IMG/VR virus record: IMGVR_UViG_3300013232_000154
Length of the DNA: 20,000 nt
From: an uncultured virus (IMG/VR IMGVR_UViG_3300013232_000154)
Lineage: Duplodnaviria > Heunggongvirae > Uroviricota > Caudoviricetes
Reading direction: 5' to 3' (one strand)
In this document: in pieces, positions 7,783 through 14,169 of the stretch
How positions within the stretch are numbered: the first letter of the stretch is position 1
Layout of the letters: each line of letters starts with the position of its first letter
Program-made: the position numbers and the translations under genes
Notes under the pieces: generated by a model
The model's input: only the letters and a program-made list of their open reading frames with translations
Told to the model about the DNA's origin: nothing
Database searches by the model: none

Positions 7783-8574
7783 ATGATCAAGGAAACGATC
7801 GTAGATCTGGAAACTTGCTCTGCTTGCTGCTTGTCTTGCTCGTTCTGTCCAAGACAGAGGATACATAGGCGCAACGTCACCATCGACCCAAAAGACGTCC
7901 AGTACCTCGCCAAGCATATCGGCCCTGGAAAGGTCGTCTGGCTATCTGGACTCGGGGAACCATTGCTGGATTGCCCAGACGACGCCATATCCGAACTCAA
8001 AAGCTCTGGTGCAAAGGTATACTCGAACTCGAACGCGGCCTTCCCCAAGTTCAAGGACTACCTCGATAAGTGCGTGAAGGCTGGACTCTCCTTCCTCAAC
8101 ATCAGCGTCTACGGATGGGATGAAGAAAGCTATGCCTCTACCAGTGGACACGACAAGTTCAAGCTGGTCCAAGAAAACGTGGCGCATGCCATCAAGGTCC
8201 TACCCACGCGCATCTCGTTCGTACAGACAGAGACCTCTCCAGAAGATGTCAAGGAACGCCTGACGTTTGCGTTCTGGACGGAAAGGATCAGACTTCTGAG
8301 GGAGCATGGACGGGCTGATGCATCTCCGCAAAAGCCGCCTCCCCAATGCGCCCTCTGTCAGAACTATCTTTTCATCACCTCGGATGGCCGAGCGTTGGCT
8401 TGCGTCAACGACGTGGAAATGTCTGAGCCATTCGGCTTCCAGTACGAGTTGGCCCACGCCATGAAGAGCCAATATCCTTGGCCGTTCTGCTACAAATGCG
8501 ACTGCGGAGCACGCTTCGCATCGTTCAAAGAAGGCTTCCTAGAAAGAGTTATGACTCTTGATGGCAGGCCTTGA
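7783..8574 (+). CDS. Radical SAM protein with SPASM/twitch-like C-terminus (263 aa)
   Basis: CxxxCxxC (CCLSCSFC), LSGLGEPLL, and C-terminal C..C..YLFITSDG....C.ND...FCYKC. Start reassigned to ATG 7783. Confidence 0.9.
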   Translation: MIKETIVDLETCSACCLSCSFCPRQRIHRRNVTIDPKDVQYLAKHIGPGKVVWLSGLGEPLLDCPDDAISELKSSGAKVYSNSNAAFPKFKDYLDKCVKAGLSFLNISVYGWDEESYASTSGHDKFKLVQENVAHAIKVLPTRISFVQTETSPEDVKERLTFAFWTERIRLLREHGRADASPQKPPPQCALCQNYLFITSDGRALACVNDVEMSEPFGFQYELAHAMKSQYPWPFCYKCDCGARFASFKEGFLERVMTLDGRP

Positions 8575-8598
8575 CGTGCCAAAACGGCATGGTATCCT
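8571..8598 (+). promoter_or_regulatory. Sigma70-like promoter TTGACG-N16-TATCCT (extended TGn -10)
   Basis: The -35 overlaps the radical SAM stop codon. Followed by AAGGAG SD and ATG 8622. Confidence 0.75.
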
Positions 8599-8621
8599 TG
8601 ATAAAGACAAAGGAGCAAGTC

Positions 8622-8984
8622 ATGGCCAAACGCGGCGGAATCAGAAAGATCGGAGACGTACCCGAGAAGAAGGTCTGTAACCACCCAGAACACAATCCTC
8701 CCATGCATTGGAGTCCTCCACCTGGTACCTACGAGTACGTCTGCCCGAGTTGCGGAAACAAAAAGACCATTCACATCGGACCAGCATTCCTCGTCGACTT
8801 GAGATACGGAGCCATCCCGTCCGCAGAGGCGTTCCTTGAACACGCCAAGACCGAGGCCAAGACCTACCCGTCCGACGCGGTCATCCACAGGTACGTTCCA
8901 ATCCTGGAAAATTTGGTGGTTGACCTCAAAAAGGCCCAGGAATACCACGTCATCAGCCAGCTTCTCTCCAGAGCTACCCGCTAA
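8622..8984 (+). CDS. Hypothetical zinc-binding protein (120 aa)
   Basis: CNHPEHNPPMH...PGTYEYVCPSCG pattern. Start reassigned to ATG 8622 with SD. Confidence 0.8.
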   Translation: MAKRGGIRKIGDVPEKKVCNHPEHNPPMHWSPPPGTYEYVCPSCGNKKTIHIGPAFLVDLRYGAIPSAEAFLEHAKTEAKTYPSDAVIHRYVPILENLVVDLKKAQEYHVISQLLSRATR

Positions 8985-8996
8985 GGAGCGTCAAAA

Positions 8997-9665
8997 ATGC
9001 CCGACCACATCCACAACACCTTGACCATTGAGGCTCCAAAAACAGTCCTTGATGAACTGCTTCGCCTCATCATCGTGGACTCAAAGGACGGCCCGTTCTT
9101 GGTAAAGTGGTTTGACTTTAACCAAGTCTTCCCTTACCCCAAACGTTTCGCTGACTTAGACAGGAAAGCGGACGAATGGGACAAGATGTACGAGAAGGCT
9201 TGTGAAGACGGGTCTTGTCCAGATCTTGACAAGAAAGAGGACGCAAACGGGTTCAGAATCGTTGGCCCTGCGCGTAAAAAGTGGTTTGATGATCACCCCC
9301 GCCCAAAAGACGGGTTCAACTCTGGCGGAATGGACTGGAATGTTGTCACGTGGGGAACCAAATGGAACAGCTACGAGACGAAGGTCACCAAACCCAAGCG
9401 CAAGGAAAAAGGATCCGACACCTTCGTGGTCAAGGTCAACTTCAAGACGGCATGGGAACCGCCCATTCCCATCATCTACGGAATCGCTGCGATCTACCCC
9501 GAGGCTAAGCTCCGCTTGTCTTACAACATGGAAGGGCATAAGGAGTTTGAGCGCAGCATTGACGTTCAAGGGCCGTCGCGCCAAGAGTTTACGGGTAGCA
9601 AGTACCCCCAGAATGCTACCTTCAAATGCTCACGGACAGAGTGTTCCCTCAGGGCGATCAGATAG
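8997..9665 (+). CDS. YubB/Api92-like (DUF1281 ferredoxin-like) protein
   Basis: MP.HI.N.L.I, FDFN..FP.P, W...WGTKWN, F.TAW.PP and YP motifs. TAAGGAG SD. Confidence 0.82.
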   Translation: MPDHIHNTLTIEAPKTVLDELLRLIIVDSKDGPFLVKWFDFNQVFPYPKRFADLDRKADEWDKMYEKACEDGSCPDLDKKEDANGFRIVGPARKKWFDDHPRPKDGFNSGGMDWNVVTWGTKWNSYETKVTKPKRKEKGSDTFVVKVNFKTAWEPPIPIIYGIAAIYPEAKLRLSYNMEGHKEFERSIDVQGPSRQEFTGSKYPQNATFKCSRTECSLRAIR

Positions 9666-9681
9666 GCACGCGATTTTAGAG

Positions 9682-9709
9682 TTGACATCACATCATGTGA
9701 TGTTAGATT
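9682..9709 (+). promoter_or_regulatory. Sigma70-like promoter TTGACA-N16-TAGATT with an operator-like palindrome ACATCACAT-C-ATGTGATGT (9685-9703)
   Basis: Consensus -35 and TGn extension. A perfect inverted repeat with 9-bp arms covers the whole spacer, upstream of the ParB-like gene. Confidence 0.75.
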
Positions 9710-9762
9710 AGAGACATGTGAAGTTGAGGACGTCAAGGGACCAAAGACAAGGAGACGTGAAC

Positions 9763-10713
9763 ATGTGGCATCCCGACCCCGTTGCAGAGCAGTTGATGAA
9801 AGAAATCGGCATGGAGTTCTTCGTCAAGACGAACATCCCCATCAAGGACATCAAGCTGAAGGAGTCACTGCGCCTCAACGCCAGGCCCACCGATCCCGCC
9901 GACGCCAACTTCGTCGCCAAGTATGCCTATGACATGGCCCATGGCGCGACCTTCCCCATGCCCGTCATCACTTCCATGGGCATCCTCCTCGCTGGCGTCC
10001 AGCGCCTCAGCGCAGCGGAAGACGCTGGCCGTAAGACAGTCGACGCCTACGTCACCAAGAACTGCTCCGACGAGCAGATCGCCGACTTCATCCGTCGCGA
10101 CAACGCCCGCCACGGAAAGGGAACCACAGAAGACGAGCGGATCACGCAATGCGTCAGCTTCCACAAGATGTACGGTCGGACGCTCCGCGACCTCTGCAAC
10201 CAGTACTTCGGTGGCCAGCAGAACATGTACACCAAACTCGTCAAGGCCAACGAGGTCAGAAAGGTCCAGGAACGGCTCCTCGCGAAAGGCATCCAGACCC
10301 ACCTCGAAACTTCCGCACTCGCTGAAATGCACCAGATCCAAGACGACAACGTCCTCTGCGACGTCCACCGCGTCGTCTCCGACCATCACCTCAACGTCAA
10401 GCAAGTCGGCGAACTGGTCTCCGAAGTCTGCTCAAAGGGTTCCGAGTCCGAACGCAAGGCCGTCTGCGTCGCCAAGAGGACGGAACTGGAACATCATACC
10501 AAAACGGGAATCGTCAAACCCGAGAACGCCCTCCGCAAACAAATCCTCTCCTTCAACAAGGGCATGTCCGTCGGATGCAACGGCAAGCCGTTCCCGCCCA
10601 TCGACCAGTTGGCCTTGGACAAGAAACAGATGTCCGAGATGAAGGCCGCCATCGACGAGGCGATCGGCAACCTCAAGCGGTTGAAGGAGAAATCCAAATG
10701 GGCAAAGGTGTAA
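9763..10713 (+). CDS. ParB/Srx-like N-terminal domain protein (316 aa)
   Basis: V.KYA.DM..G..FP.PV....ILLAGVQRLSAA..AG...V.AY (GxxRxxA), then DNARHG..T..ER and a helical HTH-like segment. AAGGAG SD before ATG 9763. Confidence 0.78.
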   Translation: MWHPDPVAEQLMKEIGMEFFVKTNIPIKDIKLKESLRLNARPTDPADANFVAKYAYDMAHGATFPMPVITSMGILLAGVQRLSAAEDAGRKTVDAYVTKNCSDEQIADFIRRDNARHGKGTTEDERITQCVSFHKMYGRTLRDLCNQYFGGQQNMYTKLVKANEVRKVQERLLAKGIQTHLETSALAEMHQIQDDNVLCDVHRVVSDHHLNVKQVGELVSEVCSKGSESERKAVCVAKRTELEHHTKTGIVKPENALRKQILSFNKGMSVGCNGKPFPPIDQLALDKKQMSEMKAAIDEAIGNLKRLKEKSKWAKV

Positions 10714-11402
10714 GCGGTTGCGCTGACCTGGCCGAGATGGCCGAGATATTCTTAGCGGATAGACAGTGGCATCGCATGTCCGAGGTCGTCATGGTGGTGG
10801 GTCCGCAAATCCCTCCAGAACGGGCCACGTGGTTCTACCAGGCCATGCGCCCCGAGAGAACCCCTGGGAAATGCGACATGATCCAGAAGGTACGGGAGGG
10901 GACGCGACGTGGCGTCTATCTCGCCCTTCGCCGACTCATAGAACGCGGACAAGCCGAGTTCAGAGAGACGACCGACCCGTCTCTCCCGAAGAAGCCGGAC
11001 AACCGCGAGTACAAGCTGCTCATGTCCTCCGAGGAGCTTGAAAAACTAAAGGCCGAAAAGAAGGCCAAAGAACCCACCGCCGAGGCTCAAAAGAAGCCCG
11101 ATGAGACCACAAAACCAAAGCGATTACGGAAACGAACCTCCATGTCGACCACCATCGCCCAGCCAGATCAGACACACTACCCAAAGGAGGCCCTCAACAG
11201 CGCCATGGCTTTCCTAGAGGATGTCGATGCCATGCGTGACATGTTCTCGGAACAGTTCCCCAATTCCGAAGACAAAGAGGACCTTGAGTTCCACCTGAGA
11301 CACGTCAAGCGGATCATCACCATCAACTTCCTCAGCAAGCCAAAGGTGATGGAGCCAGCGACAGAACCGACTGAGATAACCACGGCCATAGTCAAAGGAT
11401 GA
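10698..11402 (+). CDS. Hypothetical protein (234 aa), possible winged-helix N-terminus with a Lys/Pro/Thr-rich linker
   Basis: AAGGAG SD before ATG 10698, overlapping the ParB-like 3' end. VY.AL.RL.ERG...F......YKL resembles a wHTH recognition helix plus wing (inference). Confidence 0.72.
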   Translation: MGKGVSGCADLAEMAEIFLADRQWHRMSEVVMVVGPQIPPERATWFYQAMRPERTPGKCDMIQKVREGTRRGVYLALRRLIERGQAEFRETTDPSLPKKPDNREYKLLMSSEELEKLKAEKKAKEPTAEAQKKPDETTKPKRLRKRTSMSTTIAQPDQTHYPKEALNSAMAFLEDVDAMRDMFSEQFPNSEDKEDLEFHLRHVKRIITINFLSKPKVMEPATEPTEITTAIVKG

Positions 11403-12781
11403 CTCCCATGTCCGAGCTAGTGGTCACATGCCCCGATGGCGAGAAGAGGGACACTGCCCGAGTCGTCAACGGCATCGTCACCCTCTTCGCTGAACATCTT
11501 CGCCAAAGGGGCATTGGCGGTGAGTGGGAGCTGGAACTCTTCAAGAAGACGGGCGGAGGGGGCCAGGAAAGGCTCCTTTTCAAGCGCCAGACCAGTGACA
11601 AGGGTCTCATCTTCCACATCAGACCCCTTGACAGAGACTCCTCGTGGACGGTCATCACCTACCCTCCAAACGACGTGTCCGACAAAGACATCGACAAGCT
11701 GATCTCCAACGAGGAACCGAAAACGGAGGAAGTTCCAGTGGTCCAAGAAGCCCCCACGATGGACGCCTCAGACGTGTTGTGCAACAACCGCATCTACTAC
11801 GCCACCGTGACCTCCCATGCCTCGCACGGCTTCGAGATCGAAATCGAGACCAAGGACAAAGACGTTCCCACGGTGGAGGGCTACATCGACCTCTCCGACC
11901 TCGACAAGTACGACGTCACATCACTCAACAAGTACCCCGTCGGAAAGAGGTTCAGAGTCATCGTCTGCAACAAGTTGAAAACACCCGTCATTTGCTCGAC
12001 GCGCATCAAAGACGTCCTTGAAACGCCAAATGCCAGAGACGAGTTCACTGGCATACCAGACGATGACGGCGTCCTGTCCCTTAAGACCTACACTTGCAGC
12101 TTCCATCGCGTCCTAAACCTCATAGACGAATTCGCCAACGTCGTCATGATGCCCGCAAAACGTAACTTCATCACACATGACCAAGCCGTCGAGGTTGCCA
12201 CCCAGTTCCTCCTCAAGAAGTACAACGCCAAGTCCATCAGCTCCAACGGCCTCCTCAAGATCATCAGCTCCTTCTGCGGAAGGATGGAGGCCACGAAATA
12301 CCAGATCTTCCATCGCCAAGGCGACGGCTACGTCCTGACCGAAGACGCATGGAACGAAATCGGCGGAAACAGCACGATCTTCGATGAGGCCCCGAAAAAG
12401 CCGCCCCAAGAGACGCTCATCAAGCCAGACGAGCCGTTCGTCGAGATCCAGCCAGACCCCGAACCCGTCGCCAAAAAGGACACGTACGAGTCCGCCGTCA
12501 TCACGGGCATCCCCCAAGCCACCAAGGAAGACCTCGAGGTCGGCGCGGAATACTGGGCCAAGCTCTGCCGCTCCATCGAAATCTCCTCCCAGATCTCAGC
12601 CTTGCAGTTGGAAAAGGACCAGATCAAGCAGTGGCTCGCCGAAAATGAAGACAAGAAGTCCGTCTGCCACAAGCTCCAGGCCATCTTCGAGGCAAATCGC
12701 CAGCGCGTCGGCGAACTTGTCGTGCCGAATGACCTTGACCACGACCAAAACCGTGGTATCCTCAACTCGTCGCGTGAATAG
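11399..12781 (+). CDS. Multidomain hypothetical protein (460 aa) with an S1-like OB-fold and a C-terminal coiled coil
   Basis: ATGA-coupled. ~11792-12003 reads YYATVTSHASHGFEIEI...VEGYIDLSDL......KYPVGKRFRVIV.....VICS, which follows the S1 pattern (V....G..V....EG.I..S.L...Y.VG..V.V.V). Confidence 0.78.
   Translation: MTPMSELVVTCPDGEKRDTARVVNGIVTLFAEHLRQRGIGGEWELELFKKTGGGGQERLLFKRQTSDKGLIFHIRPLDRDSSWTVITYPPNDVSDKDIDKLISNEEPKTEEVPVVQEAPTMDASDVLCNNRIYYATVTSHASHGFEIEIETKDKDVPTVEGYIDLSDLDKYDVTSLNKYPVGKRFRVIVCNKLKTPVICSTRIKDVLETPNARDEFTGIPDDDGVLSLKTYTCSFHRVLNLIDEFANVVMMPAKRNFITHDQAVEVATQFLLKKYNAKSISSNGLLKIISSFCGRMEATKYQIFHRQGDGYVLTEDAWNEIGGNSTIFDEAPKKPPQETLIKPDEPFVEIQPDPEPVAKKDTYESAVITGIPQATKEDLEVGAEYWAKLCRSIEISSQISALQLEKDQIKQWLAENEDKKSVCHKLQAIFEANRQRVGELVVPNDLDHDQNRGILNSSRE
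12735..12762 (+). promoter_or_regulatory. Sigma70-like promoter TTGACC-N16-TATCCT (inside the 3' end of the upstream CDS)
   Basis: Same hexamers and spacer as the 3480 and 7732 sites, with a TGn extension. Upstream of AAGGAG and ATG 12809. Confidence 0.7.
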
Positions 12782-12808
12782 CCACGCCAAGCAAAAAGGA
12801 GCGTCACC

Positions 12809-13105
12809 ATGATCTCCGTCACCGAAGCCAAACAAGCAACCATCAAGGTCAACAACGAAGCCCAGGAACGCTTCCGTTTGATCATCGAAACCACCATCAC
12901 CAAAATGATCAACGATGCCGTCAAGACTGGCGTCTTCAAGATCACGTTCTTGGACAGACACGTCGGCGTCCCACATCATCAAGGGAAGATCTTCGCCACC
13001 CAGCTACACAAAACCCTCGGAAGTGAGCATGGCTACTCCGTCCAGGCCGTAGCGGCGCGAAGTCCGAACGACGCATGGTCATACACGGTTTCGTGGGAGA
13101 AATAA
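12809..13105 (+). CDS. Hypothetical protein (98 aa), likely paralogue of 18875..19258
   Basis: AAGGAG SD. Pattern MI...A......IE..I...I..A...G.F...F...GY.V....VSW. Confidence 0.8.
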   Translation: MISVTEAKQATIKVNNEAQERFRLIIETTITKMINDAVKTGVFKITFLDRHVGVPHHQGKIFATQLHKTLGSEHGYSVQAVAARSPNDAWSYTVSWEK

Positions 13106-13123
13106 GGAGTCGACCGCAACGAC

Positions 13124-13411
13124 ATGCATGACACCATCGTCGTCACCAAGGACGGACGAACCGTCGTCGCCCCCATCTACGAGTTCTCCCCACAGAACGG
13201 ATTCCTCTCGCTCGTGGGACAAGATCGGCCAGTCGTCATCCACTTCAAGGACATTAAGTCCGCCGTCACCAAGGAACAGCGAACCTCCGCCAGCAAGGTC
13301 GAAGACCGCGACGAACTCCAGCGGGCAAGAGACTTCATGAAGGAAGCAAGACAACTCGGATGGTTCGGGATGTCCAAGGACACCCCGCTCCAGAAATGGG
13401 AGAGGTCATGA
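13124..13411 (+). CDS. Hypothetical protein (95 aa)
   Basis: TAAGGAG upstream. Fills the gap and is ATGA-coupled to the next gene. Confidence 0.75.
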   Translation: MHDTIVVTKDGRTVVAPIYEFSPQNGFLSLVGQDRPVVIHFKDIKSAVTKEQRTSASKVEDRDELQRARDFMKEARQLGWFGMSKDTPLQKWERS

Positions 13412-13836
13412 GCAATCTCCCGCCTGACTACTCCGAGCGCATCAAGAGCCTCAGGCTGCGCCTCAAACTGACTCAGGTCGAGCTGGCGGCAAAGGTCGGC
13501 GTCTCATTCGCGTCCGTGAACCGATGGGAAAACGGCTGGTGTAAACCATCAAACTTGTGTTGGGCAAGGCTACTCGAAGAGGAAAAACCCATGAGCGACC
13601 GAGACGACTGCATCAAGGAACTCGCCTTGCGCCTGGCCAGATGCCGCGAAAATAATTACGCCGCAGGAACTGACGCAACACGCGACTCGCTCCTCGTCGC
13701 CCTCGCTGACAAAGTCGTCGAACTCCAGTCCTCCATCACTAGTCTCGAAGACAAGCTGAGCGACCACGAACGTCGGCAAGAATCCGATTTGCGGGCGCTC
13801 TCTGACGGCGGTCACTACTACGGAAGGGACGACTAA
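13408..13836 (+). CDS. XRE-family HTH protein fused to a coiled-coil domain (142 aa)
   Basis: IKSLRLRLKLTQVELAAKVGVSFASVNRWENG..KP is a canonical HTH_3. Start reassigned to ATG 13408. Confidence 0.88.
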   Translation: MSNLPPDYSERIKSLRLRLKLTQVELAAKVGVSFASVNRWENGWCKPSNLCWARLLEEEKPMSDRDDCIKELALRLARCRENNYAAGTDATRDSLLVALADKVVELQSSITSLEDKLSDHERRQESDLRALSDGGHYYGRDD

Positions 13837-14117
13837 TGACCCCAACGGAACCCGCCACACCAGAATTCATGCGCAAAATGTTCAGAACGGGAATCGTAGT
13901 CGAACTCGCCTACGTCTGCCTCGGATTGTTCTGCATCGCAACATGGGTCTTCGACACCAGCAACGCCTCATGGTCTTTCCCATGGACGCTGGCCCACATC
14001 TTCATCAGCATGATGGTTGGAAGAAGCATCGCCCGAGTCTGGGCCTTCGCCACGCGGCTCGATGAGATTGAGGCCCTGAAGAAACGCCTCGCGCAATTGC
14101 CAAAAAAAGAAGACTAG
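13836..14117 (+). CDS. Small membrane protein (93 aa, two predicted TM segments)
   Basis: Hydrophobic stretches GIVVELAYVCLGLFCIATWVF and FPWTLAHIFISMMVG. TAATG overlap and a charged C-terminal tail. Confidence 0.75.
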   Translation: MTPTEPATPEFMRKMFRTGIVVELAYVCLGLFCIATWVFDTSNASWSFPWTLAHIFISMMVGRSIARVWAFATRLDEIEALKKRLAQLPKKED

Positions 14118-14120
14118 TGC

Positions 14121-14148
14121 TTGACTCTCCGCGAAAACCGAATACATT
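14121..14148 (+). promoter_or_regulatory. Sigma70-like promoter TTGACT-N16-TACATT
   Basis: Intergenic, followed by GGAGGT SD and ATG 14170. Confidence 0.7.
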
Positions 14149-14169
14149 CAGACGCGGAGGTACACTGCC

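Noticed and set aside
9663..9680. Sigma54-like promoter (TAGGCACGCGATTTTAG)
   Set aside because: GGCACG is present but the required TTGC -12 element is absent.
13836..14117. Holin call for the two-TM protein
   Set aside because: No endolysin or spanin nearby and the context is early genes, so topology alone is insufficient.
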